From IMG/VR virus record IMGVR_UViG_3300033433_000003, positions 1 through 52,959 of that record: DNA of 52,959 nucleotides; one strand, 5' to 3'. Position 1 is the stretch's first letter. Each line of letters opens with the position of its first letter. This stretch comes from a virus (taxonomy: Duplodnaviria > Caudoviricetes). Below, piece by piece: positions 1 to 7,924 of the stretch. Both the position numbers and the translations under genes were made by a program. The notes under the pieces were generated by a model. The model made no database searches. It was not told where the DNA came from and worked only from the letters and a program-made list of their open reading frames with translations.

Positions 1-127
1 GAGTGTAAAGACCAGGATTGAAGGAGAGAGTCGAAAAGGAGACTGTGTTGACAGTTCTGGTGACGTTGAGGCCAAAGCCTTTGCCGAATCCGAGCTTGAT
101 TCCGTAGCCGATACCATAGTCGATGTC
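1..127 (+). repeat. 127-bp exact terminal overlap (copy at 52833-52959); circular assembly
   Basis: First 127 nt are identical to the last 127 nt, and an ORF reads through the junction. Confidence 0.97.
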
Positions 128-268
128 TCGGCCATTGGCCTTGCCTTCACCGGTGACGACGTTCTGAAAGATGGCGCCAGCCTCCATTGCGCTTGCACTG
201 ATTGACGACATCGCCAGGGTACAGTTTGCTGCGAACAGCATCAGGGAGATTTTGAAAAACTTTTTCAT
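1..268 (-). CDS. 5' part of junction-spanning gene (268..1 joined to 52832..52339, 253 aa): signal peptide plus putative outer-membrane beta-barrel
   Basis: Manual translation from ATG at 268: MKKFFKISLMLFAANCTLAMSSISASA-MEAG...YGIGYGIKLGFGKGFGLNVT, continuing in frame into ORF 52339..52686. Confidence 0.8.
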   Translation of the reverse strand, partial: MKKFFKISLMLFAANCTLAMSSISASAMEAGAIFQNVVTGEGKANGRDIDYGIGYGIKLGFGKGFGLNVTRTVNTVSFSTLSFNPGLYT

Positions 269-377
269 TTGATTTTTTTTTGGTTTGATTATTGGAACGA
301 AAGAACATGGGTAATACACTGATAAACGCAAGGGCGGCAACCACTTCTGCCACCCCTATTGCGTACTGCCAAAGCAT
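147..377 (-). CDS. small membrane protein (3' end uncertain, A9 tract)
   Basis: TAATG coupling to the upstream gene; hydrophobic N-terminus; overlaps the next gene by about 120 nt. Confidence 0.45.
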   Translation of the reverse strand: MLWQYAIGVAEVVAALAFISVLPMFFRSNNQTKKKSNEKVFQNLPDAVRSKLYPGDVVNQCKRNGGWRHLSERRHR

Positions 378-859
378 TATTTGTCTACGGCGACAATCTT
401 CTCGAATGCTGGAGCGAATTTCTGAATGAAATACTCCCTCTGGCTTTCCAGGGTTCCGAGGGCCATCCGTGCCTCAGTAATCTTTCTGTCGAGCAGCTGA
501 AGAACGTTCTCCTTGGTGAAGAACTTCTCATAGTCGTCGTAAGGAATGATCTCGTATTCAGAGTTTTCCTTGGTGATCGTGACGAAGTCGAACGTTGCAG
601 CGTTGTAGCTCAGGGTGAGAGAAAGAACAACGATGGCCGGTCTCTCTTCAAAGTCATGGAAAGCTACAATGACTCCGGCCATGACTTTTGCCTCTGAATA
701 GCTACCTTTTTTCTTCAGAAGTTTGACAGCATCACCGACCTTGAAAGTTGTGACGACCTTCGCCTCTTTGGCTTCTACGACCATTTCGATGTTTCCGATC
801 CTCACAACTTTGCTGTTGGGAGCGATAACATTCTGTCTGATTTCGATTGATCCACTCAT
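377..859 (-). CDS. hypothetical protein
   Basis: 160-aa ORF downstream of a promoter motif, AACTAATCACC-ATG start context. Confidence 0.75.
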   Translation of the reverse strand: MSGSIEIRQNVIAPNSKVVRIGNIEMVVEAKEAKVVTTFKVGDAVKLLKKKGSYSEAKVMAGVIVAFHDFEERPAIVVLSLTLSYNAATFDFVTITKENSEYEIIPYDDYEKFFTKENVLQLLDRKITEARMALGTLESQREYFIQKFAPAFEKIVAVDK

Positions 860-899
860 GGTGATTAGTTTTAAGTTTTAAGCTGAACGCCTATCGTTC

Positions 900-940
900 C
901 GCCTTTATTAATATAATATAACTTTACTTACGCGCAAAAT
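900..940 (-). promoter_or_regulatory. putative early promoter (AAAGTTATTATATATTAA)
   Basis: Matches the repeated AAAAGTTA-N3-TATATTA motif. Confidence 0.55.
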
Positions 941-950
941 TTATTTTTGA

Positions 951-1979
951 CTACTTTACCAACTCCAAGCAAGCGTTAGCAATGTTAACCTTGATGTTAG
1001 ATCTGTCACCAAGATGCGCTCTTACGAATGTTTTCGATCTGTCTCCGTTTACATAGCCAGCTTCATGGTCTGAATACTGGCTGTAAGCATTTACCAAACC
1101 CCATGCCGTACCTTTGGAAGAAGTGAGGTTGTTTCCGATTGATTCACTTTCGTAAAGAGACATAATTCGACGGATGGAGCTTGAAGACTCTTCCACCTCT
1201 TCTTTGGTCATCTTCTGGCCATCTTCTGTCTTCCACTCTTTTTTGATCTGCGAAACCAGAATGTCGAGCGCCGTTTCCCTGTCCAATTTGATTCCTGCCA
1301 GGGTTCGTGCGTCGGTTATGAACTTGCCCCACACATCTTCAACCAATCCTGCCTTGAGCTGGGCATCTTTAGAATTGAAAATCTTATTGTGAGGAACTCG
1401 AACAATCGCCTTCTTTCCTGTTGCTCCGATGGACATCCTCAGGGTATTCCAGCAAACAACTCTGATGCTGGTCAGATGCACGCAGGTGGCCATTAAGCCG
1501 TCAACGCTGGATACGATCAATGCGTATGGAGCGACCATATCACCGTCACCGACATCTTCTGTTCCAGCAGTTTTTGCCAAAGCCCAGAACATTGTTCCTC
1601 CGAACAAACATCCGGCAGTCTCCATGCTGAATCCGTGATGTTCGATCAGATTTGAGAAGAAATCGATCATCATTCCAGGCTGAACAACCTTGTATTTTGA
1701 TCCAACGATGGAAAGAGGGAATTTGTTGTCTGATCTGAACAACGTTTTCTTTCCGGGGAAACGAGCTTGCGCAATTGGATATTCTGGCAATTCGCTGTCA
1801 TACTCAAAAATTGATGGGCTTGCCAAAGCTTCCCATTCCATTCCTGCCTCTCGCTTCCAAGTTTCGGCATCAGAGTATGGAGTCATAAGCTGACCCATTC
1901 CGTGCCAAGGTCGAGCGCCAACAAATGCTATTGCTGGCTTATCACCAGTCTGATCAATTTCGTGTGCCATGACTTTCAA
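951..1979 (-). CDS. DUF932 family protein (phage/plasmid LGT_TIGR03299-like)
   Basis: PWHGMG, VGSKYKVVQP, ETAGCLFGG, TSIRVVCWNTL and GTAWGLVNA motifs. Confidence 0.85.
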   Translation of the reverse strand: MKVMAHEIDQTGDKPAIAFVGARPWHGMGQLMTPYSDAETWKREAGMEWEALASPSIFEYDSELPEYPIAQARFPGKKTLFRSDNKFPLSIVGSKYKVVQPGMMIDFFSNLIEHHGFSMETAGCLFGGTMFWALAKTAGTEDVGDGDMVAPYALIVSSVDGLMATCVHLTSIRVVCWNTLRMSIGATGKKAIVRVPHNKIFNSKDAQLKAGLVEDVWGKFITDARTLAGIKLDRETALDILVSQIKKEWKTEDGQKMTKEEVEESSSSIRRIMSLYESESIGNNLTSSKGTAWGLVNAYSQYSDHEAGYVNGDRSKTFVRAHLGDRSNIKVNIANACLELVK

Positions 1980-2166
1980 TCATTAATTGTTTTATATCAT
2001 CTTGGAAATGCGATGAACAAACAAACTTGATGTCTACTTCGACATTCGGTCCTGATTCTGACTCGGAAACTCCATTGATTGATACTTCAATCTGATTCCG
2101 ATTCAAATTCTTAATAAAGCAAGTGTGCATTTTGACTTCAGCCAGGAACTCAAGTAACCAGTCCAT
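1954..2166 (-). CDS. hypothetical protein
   Basis: AAGGAG SD and promoter motif directly upstream. Confidence 0.6.
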   Translation of the reverse strand: MDWLLEFLAEVKMHTCFIKNLNRNQIEVSINGVSESESGPNVEVDIKFVCSSHFQDDIKQLMIESHGTRN

Positions 2167-2177
2167 CGTTAATCTCC

Positions 2178-2215
2178 TTTTTCTTTAATCTTAATATAAG
2201 TTAATTTTTTCGACC
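2178..2215 (-). promoter_or_regulatory. putative early promoter (GAAAAAATTAACTTATATTAAGATTAAAG)
   Basis: Same motif family as 12176, 16298 and 19047. Confidence 0.6.
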
Positions 2216-2236
2216 GAGCAAGTTTTATTTTTTGAA

Positions 2237-2497
2237 CTATATCAATTCATGACGTTCACATCCGTCTTGTCCTGAGAAATGTATATTGTGATCACAAGAA
2301 CACCAACCTTCATTCTGATCATAATCATCAAGTAGATGGAAAGATGTGCAATTGCAACACCATCTTTTGACACTTATTGATTTAACATATCTTGCGCAAT
2401 ATGAATCATAATGAACAAAATGGCTGTTTTTATCGCACCAGGAAAATGCTGATCTGGAATTAACTATTATGAATGCTTCACAATCTTTGCATCTCAT
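2237..2497 (-). CDS. small Cys-rich protein, two CxxC...C...C units
   Basis: Translation; coupled to the upstream stop. Confidence 0.6.
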   Translation of the reverse strand: MRCKDCEAFIIVNSRSAFSWCDKNSHFVHYDSYCARYVKSISVKRWCCNCTSFHLLDDYDQNEGWCSCDHNIHFSGQDGCERHELI

Positions 2498-3378
2498 TAT
2501 TCGCCATCCTCAAAATGCTCATGATCAGGATCTGATGCGTCAAATATATCATTGATCAGATCAAAAAGATATGGCCTGAATATTTTTGGATCTTCTGGAA
2601 TGGGATTTGCTTTGAGCTTAGATATCAATGCATTGAAATGCAGAACGTCAACTCCAATGAGCTGATCTTTCAACACCTCAACACTATTTAAATCAAGATT
2701 TGAAACATCATAAATCATCTTCAAGTATTCAGATGCTCCGCAGGTCCATCCTCTCTTTATGAACTTGCGTGTTCTTATGATCGAGCTGAGTGGATACCTT
2801 GAGCCGATATATTTCAGCTCTTTGGTCAATATGCATTGCATTGCAAATGTATCAAGAACCAAACCTTTGCTTGTCATATAAGACTTTACATGAGCAAAGT
2901 CAAAATTTTTATGGATTTCTTCTGGTGATCCTGTGAAGCGGGTGATGAACTGAATGCCGTCTGACAAGGTGACTGCATTATCAGTTATTGCGATTGGCAG
3001 GTAAGTTCCTTTGTCAGGTTTCTTTTTGGCCCTCAAGATTCCGTTGCTTCTGATGAATGTACGAACTCTTGTAGGATCTTTTTCATCAATTTTCACATAC
3101 ACATTGTCTTTATCAGTCTCTGAAAGCTTCGAGACATAGTATTCAGCAAGTTCTTTGCAGAATTCGGCATTGGAGAAGTAAACATCAAAGTCATTCGGTT
3201 CTTCCTGAAGCAACATCGATACTATGCTTCCGCCTGTAACAATATAATACTTTTCGATGCCATCAGCAAGTTTTGCATAATGATTCAAAGATTTGTCAGT
3301 CTTTGAGTAATCGATGATGGTCTTTTTCCAAGCATTGATTTTTGCTTTGATCGTTAGTTCGATGGTTTTCTTTTTCAT
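2497..3378 (-). CDS. nucleotidyltransferase-superfamily protein (pol beta / CCA-head-like)
   Basis: TGGSIVSMLLQEEPNDFDVYF (GG...DxD), later NFDFAH and R..KFIKRGW. Confidence 0.7.
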   Translation of the reverse strand: MKKKTIELTIKAKINAWKKTIIDYSKTDKSLNHYAKLADGIEKYYIVTGGSIVSMLLQEEPNDFDVYFSNAEFCKELAEYYVSKLSETDKDNVYVKIDEKDPTRVRTFIRSNGILRAKKKPDKGTYLPIAITDNAVTLSDGIQFITRFTGSPEEIHKNFDFAHVKSYMTSKGLVLDTFAMQCILTKELKYIGSRYPLSSIIRTRKFIKRGWTCGASEYLKMIYDVSNLDLNSVEVLKDQLIGVDVLHFNALISKLKANPIPEDPKIFRPYLFDLINDIFDASDPDHEHFEDGE

Positions 3379-3380
3379 TT

Positions 3381-3539
3381 TTAGCTTGGTTCGATTTCAG
3401 TATAAGTGTTACATTTTGGGCATACCCACATTTCGGTGACATATCCTGATTGCGAATGTTTATCGCAAACATATTTTAATTCAGTTTCGCATTCAGGGCA
3501 CACAGGTCGTTCAGAGCATTCTGAATCGTTGCTTGTCAT
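3381..3539 (-). CDS. 52-aa zinc-ribbon protein (not in ORF track)
   Basis: Manual translation MTSNDSECSERPVCPECE...WVCPKCN. Confidence 0.6.
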   Translation of the reverse strand: MTSNDSECSERPVCPECETELKYVCDKHSQSGYVTEMWVCPKCNTYTEIEPS

Positions 3540-3694
3540 GGCAGTTCCTCGTTTGCTGTTTCTTTTTTCTCAACGAATCCGTTGCAATCGTCAACAACTT
3601 TGATCATGCTGCCATCTTCGGCAACTTTGGTGATATAAACTGGATCACCAAGACAACATGCGTAATTAAAAAGGCAATGATCGCAAATATTCAT
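3536..3694 (-). CDS. 52-aa Cys-rich protein (not in ORF track)
   Basis: Manual translation MNICDHCLFNYACC...DDCNGF; ATGA overlaps at both ends. Confidence 0.6.
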   Translation of the reverse strand: MNICDHCLFNYACCLGDPVYITKVAEDGSMIKVVDDCNGFVEKKETANEELP

Positions 3695-3894
3695 CTTGCC
3701 TCCAACCAACGCTTGAACAACTCGGTATAGTTGCCTTTATCATCCTTGAATATCATCTCATGCTTGAACCTGTTGCACGGCATCGCTTCGTGCTTCAAGG
3801 AGAAAAGGTGGATGGAGCAGTAAGGTGATTCTTCCCTTATTTTTGATTCATGCTTGTAGATGCATGACAAGCAGCTCGGTGATTTGCTGGCCAT
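3691..3894 (-). CDS. small Cys-rich protein
   Basis: CLSC...YC...PC; tightly packed in the operon. Confidence 0.6.
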   Translation of the reverse strand: MASKSPSCLSCIYKHESKIREESPYCSIHLFSLKHEAMPCNRFKHEMIFKDDKGNYTELFKRWLEAR

Positions 3895-3895
3895 A

Positions 3896-4357
3896 TTATT
3901 GCTCCTTTTTGATTATTTCGACAATTCTGTATGCGCGTATCGCCTTTCCACGAGAGCGGTCATGATTTACTCCATTGACTACTGCGAGAACGTGACCTCT
4001 GGTGAACATGAGATAGGTTTTGCCATCCCTCCATTCATCAGGGTATCGATCCATATGGTGGGTGGTGACGTTTTTCAGAAGCTTTGCGTTACCAGGATAG
4101 CTTTTGATAATATTCTTGATATTAACTTCTACTATTTCAAAACCAAGGCTTCTTATGATCTCAATGATTATTGATGTCAGAACTCCAGCTTTAGTTCTTC
4201 CGTGCAGCTCACAAAGTCTCTTTGCCTCATGGTATCCTATTCCTGTAACAATGCTGATCGCCTTAATTGCGCAATCATTGTATTCACCAAGTTTTGCCGC
4301 CTCACTCTGAAGCAGCAAGTATTCGACGCTGTAGCAATTTTGTACAATTCTGCCCAT
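3896..4357 (-). CDS. papain-like (C39-like) Cys-His domain protein
   Basis: NDCAIKAISIVTG and GHVLAVVNG motifs. Confidence 0.55.
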   Translation of the reverse strand: MGRIVQNCYSVEYLLLQSEAAKLGEYNDCAIKAISIVTGIGYHEAKRLCELHGRTKAGVLTSIIIEIIRSLGFEIVEVNIKNIIKSYPGNAKLLKNVTTHHMDRYPDEWRDGKTYLMFTRGHVLAVVNGVNHDRSRGKAIRAYRIVEIIKKEQ

Positions 4358-4420
4358 GGTTATTAGTTTTGATTATATCGCCTTCCCTATAAAATTAATA
4401 TAGGATAAGATTTTAGAATT

Positions 4421-5359
4421 TCATAAGTTTTTCTTTGACAAATCATAGTTATTTTTCCATATAAGCTGTTTGATAACTTTTATGTCCTTCCATATATCAT
4501 CAAGCATTACATTCTTCCATATTGCATACCTGCCAAGCGAAAATACACCATAATCACGAGTAAGCAAATATATGCAGTGTTTCCTGAATTCATCATCTAT
4601 CGGAGCAAACTTTCCATTCTCTTGAATAGTTTCATCTAAAAATTCAACTTGGTCTGAATACTTTATTCCAAATGCAGCAATTGCTTCGCTTGTTGCAGCT
4701 CCAACAGATGATGATATGTCATTATTTATCATTTCAATAATAAGCATATTTCCAGTCAAAGATGCTCGGTAAATAGAATTGTTGTAATCAGGAAAATAAA
4801 CTGTTTGATAAACATCACATCTTTTAACCCTGTATCGTATGATTCTTATTTTTTCACTTTTGAACATTTTGAATTCATCAGCCTTCATATGCTGCAAACA
4901 ACTTATCATCTTATGCATTGGCATAGTGCTGATCAATTTATCTTCATTCAATCCTGATCGCTCTTGTTCAAAATCAAATTCATAATGAATCCTGTCATTA
5001 TATCTTTCAAGCAAAATTTCATGGAAGTTTTCAGGAGCGATGAACCGAGTGCAAGTCTCCATATTCCATATAGATCGATCGTCTATCGTATTGGCGACTT
5101 TTGTTGAATACTGATTGCAAAGCTTTATGTTTGGCTCTTTAAATCCACCTTTGCTCCATATGCCCTTATGTACGGTTACTTTCTTGAATGGAATGCCGAG
5201 GTGATCACCTATATCTGAAGTTCTGAATCTTAGCAGGGCGCGATGCGGCTTGATATCGCCTTTACTTGACTTTTCGTAAATAATTGAATCAGGGAAATGA
5301 GATGATGCAAGAAGTCCTGAAAGTCCAGCGCCGATGATCGAAATTGATTGGTTTTGCAT
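4421..5359 (-). CDS. FAD/NAD-binding flavoprotein (UDP-galactopyranose mutase / amine oxidase-like fold)
   Basis: N-terminal IIGAGLSGLLA dinucleotide motif, ISTMP, C-terminal SLGRYAIWK. Confidence 0.75.
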   Translation of the reverse strand: MQNQSISIIGAGLSGLLASSHFPDSIIYEKSSKGDIKPHRALLRFRTSDIGDHLGIPFKKVTVHKGIWSKGGFKEPNIKLCNQYSTKVANTIDDRSIWNMETCTRFIAPENFHEILLERYNDRIHYEFDFEQERSGLNEDKLISTMPMHKMISCLQHMKADEFKMFKSEKIRIIRYRVKRCDVYQTVYFPDYNNSIYRASLTGNMLIIEMINNDISSSVGAATSEAIAAFGIKYSDQVEFLDETIQENGKFAPIDDEFRKHCIYLLTRDYGVFSLGRYAIWKNVMLDDIWKDIKVIKQLIWKNNYDLSKKNL

Positions 5360-5387
5360 GATACTTATTATTTATTTATGTTTATAC

Positions 5388-5533
5388 ATCCTATGCCGGA
5401 CTTGCTTTTCCCGCTACCTTATAATATATTAAAAGGAAAGGAGCCGAAAAAGTATTTTATTTTTCTAAAACGTTTTAAAGTTACTCGCCTTTCCTTATAT
5501 TATAAGGGTTCGGCAGTATATAACTAATAAATT
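5388..5533. promoter_or_regulatory. divergent promoter pair (CCTTTCCTT...TATATTATAAGG on each strand)
   Basis: Transcription diverges here; similar motif present on both strands. Confidence 0.65.
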
Positions 5534-5538
5534 GAATC

Positions 5539-5919
5539 ATGCCTACAGTCTACGTCACTCAGATTCCCATTCGCAAAGATAAGCAAACAGGGGATTACGT
5601 ACCTTCACTCAACATATCTCCTGCATCGGAGTTCGGAGCAATAGAAATTCTGATGCCTTCGCAAGTCGGATATATTCATATCCCAACTCTTTTTACCACA
5701 CTTCGAGAAAAGCTCAGCAGCTATAACGCTGAAAATGGCGACGTTCTTTTGCCATTGGGCGATCCAGGAATTATTGCGGCTTCGACAGCAATACTTGCAA
5801 TCGAATATGGAAACTTTTCGATCCTGAAGTGGGAGCGAAACCTTGGAAGGTACGTTTCCACTCATTTCGATTATAATTTATATATGGAAAACAAAAGTTG
5901 GGCTTCCAAATATGAATAA
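5539..5919 (+). CDS. conserved phage hypothetical protein
   Basis: First gene of the rightward operon; alpha/beta pattern, LLPLGDP. Confidence 0.7.
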   Translation: MPTVYVTQIPIRKDKQTGDYVPSLNISPASEFGAIEILMPSQVGYIHIPTLFTTLREKLSSYNAENGDVLLPLGDPGIIAASTAILAIEYGNFSILKWERNLGRYVSTHFDYNLYMENKSWASKYE

Positions 5920-6193
5920 AGAGCTTGTACAAATAACTGATATGAGCCAAGTAAAAGTTGGCACAGTAATTCAGGAGGGGACTGTTCTAAGAATGGTTCT
6001 CAAAATTGAAGAGAGCGTAAATTCATATAGTAAGCACTATTATGTTTCTCATGGAGTAAAGATCACCGATGTTGAGCAGACTCCACAAGCCATAGTTGCA
6101 CGGCGGGAGCTTAAAGTCATACAGTATCTTTATTCTTCCGATGAATTTATAAATCCATCTTTCCGTACATTTAGGGTTACATTCAAAAACTAA
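5912..6193 (+). CDS. hypothetical protein, paralog family A copy 1
   Basis: Similar to 6687 and 6950; ATG at 5912. Confidence 0.7.
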   Translation: MNKELVQITDMSQVKVGTVIQEGTVLRMVLKIEESVNSYSKHYYVSHGVKITDVEQTPQAIVARRELKVIQYLYSSDEFINPSFRTFRVTFKN

Positions 6194-6207
6194 AAAATGC
6201 AAGCAAA

Positions 6208-6690
6208 ATGAAAAAGATTATCACACTTTACAAGAAAATCGAATCACTCGATGATCTGCAAGTTGGCGACATAATGATAAGGGCCAAAATTGATGCAGAT
6301 GGCCGTGCCCTTGCTACTTCAGGATGTGAACGGCCAGTTCTTTCTCAGAGAATTGGCGGAATCATTGCAATCGGCTACGACAGTGAAAAAGACGCTTTTC
6401 GCAGGGCAACTTGGGTTACACTTCAATTCCTGAATGAATGTGGATACCACCTCTTGGTAACTTCCGAAGATGAAGGAGAGTGGTTTGATCGTGAAGAAGC
6501 GGTAAAAATTCTTCATGCTGGAGGTATAGTGACTGATGAGGATGGAAGTGATTACTGGTATGACGAAAGAGGTGCTATGAAATATCGCACATCAAAAAGC
6601 AAGACTATATATCCAAGGGATTATGGCCTTCCTGTTGAAACGAAGCTTTACAAAGTTTGGACATCGAACAGTAAGATTTCTAAACAATGA
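6208..6690 (+). CDS. hypothetical protein
   Basis: 160-aa ORF in a packed operon. Confidence 0.7.
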   Translation: MKKIITLYKKIESLDDLQVGDIMIRAKIDADGRALATSGCERPVLSQRIGGIIAIGYDSEKDAFRRATWVTLQFLNECGYHLLVTSEDEGEWFDREEAVKILHAGGIVTDEDGSDYWYDERGAMKYRTSKSKTIYPRDYGLPVETKLYKVWTSNSKISKQ

Positions 6691-6953
6691 ATAAAGCTCT
6701 TGTTCAAATAAATGGCTTTTCAGATATAAAAATTGGAACAGTTTTTGAGAAGTCAGGAACTTACAGAATGGTTCTCGGATTCAAAACTTACCATGGCGTT
6801 CGTCGTGCATTGGTCAGCGATTTTGTTAGGGTAGACTCTGTTGATACAACTCCGAAAGCAATATCGGAAAGACAAGAATTGAAAAGGCCAACATTTTTGT
6901 TCAAGGAAGAAGATTTCAAGAAGCATAAATGCCAAAAGGTAACATTCAAATGA
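6687..6953 (+). CDS. hypothetical protein, paralog family A copy 2
   Basis: Shared VS..V....V..TP.AI..R.EL and VTF motifs. Confidence 0.75.
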   Translation: MNKALVQINGFSDIKIGTVFEKSGTYRMVLGFKTYHGVRRALVSDFVRVDSVDTTPKAISERQELKRPTFLFKEEDFKKHKCQKVTFK

Positions 6954-7231
6954 AAAAGAAGGTTCTTATACCAATTTGGGGTTGGAATGACCTGAAAGAA
7001 GGATCAATTTTCCAAGAAGGCAAGGTTTACAGAAAGGTTCTGAAATTCATCGAAGAAGGAGGTGTCAAAAAGGCCGTAGTTTCATATTTCGTTTGGGTAA
7101 ATGAAGTTGATGAAACGCCAGAGGCCATATCCGCACGGCCCGAGCTTGCAAAGCCGTGCTACAAGTTTGAACTGAAAGGTTTTACTCAATTCGGATCAAA
7201 AAGGGTTACATTCGTAGATGAACCAAATTAA
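6950..7231 (+). CDS. hypothetical protein, paralog family A copy 3
   Basis: Same motifs; ATGA coupling at 6950. Confidence 0.75.
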   Translation: MKKKVLIPIWGWNDLKEGSIFQEGKVYRKVLKFIEEGGVKKAVVSYFVWVNEVDETPEAISARPELAKPCYKFELKGFTQFGSKRVTFVDEPN

Positions 7232-7400
7232 AGAGTCGACAGCTGGACAGAAAAGGTCAGGTTGGCTTTACAACTTCAATCAATTGCAGGATATCAAAGA
7301 AGCTATGGATAAGCGTGGAGTAAGTCTCAGTTTGGAGACTATCGAAACGATGATCTATTCTCTTGAAAAGCTTGGTTTCTTGCAAATCAACAGAGGGTAA
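7218..7400 (+). CDS. hypothetical protein
   Basis: 60-aa ORF filling the operon gap. Confidence 0.55.
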   Translation: MNQIKESTAGQKRSGWLYNFNQLQDIKEAMDKRGVSLSLETIETMIYSLEKLGFLQINRG

Positions 7401-7404
7401 AAGA

Positions 7405-7902
7405 TTGATTACTTTAAGTGATATTGCAGTTGCCGTAAAAGAAGTTGATATGATCAACGAGGCCATAACTCTTCTTACGGATGAAATTGCAAGGCTTTCA
7501 AAGAAAAAAGCGTTGATTGAAGAGGAAACGATTCCTTCATCGTTTTTCGAGCTTGGAATAAAGTCAATCAAGCTTGAGGATGGGAGAAGTGTAAAGGTCA
7601 ATTTGGATGTCTATTCAAGTTTGGCTAACGACAACAAACCTGTTGCTTATCGATGGCTTGCTGAACACAACTTTGGTGGTCTTATCAAAGTTCAAATTGT
7701 CGCTAATTATTCAAAGGGAGAAAGAGAAAAGGCTGAACAAGAGTATGCAAAACTCATTGAAGCCGGTGTTGATGCAGGTCTGAAAGAAGATGTGCATCAT
7801 TCTACGCTTGCGTCATTCTTGCGAGAGCAGATCAAAGCTGGCAATGACCTGCCACTTGATATTTTCGGAGCAAGATCTGTTTTCAGAACGAAAATCAAAT
7901 AA
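7405..7902 (+). CDS. conserved phage replication-module protein (start uncertain)
   Basis: Coiled N-terminus, AYRWL...GGLIK, VHHSTLASF; precedes the SSB gene. Confidence 0.7.
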   Translation: MITLSDIAVAVKEVDMINEAITLLTDEIARLSKKKALIEEETIPSSFFELGIKSIKLEDGRSVKVNLDVYSSLANDNKPVAYRWLAEHNFGGLIKVQIVANYSKGEREKAEQEYAKLIEAGVDAGLKEDVHHSTLASFLREQIKAGNDLPLDIFGARSVFRTKIK

Positions 7903-7924
7903 TCACCTACTAACTGAATTCATT

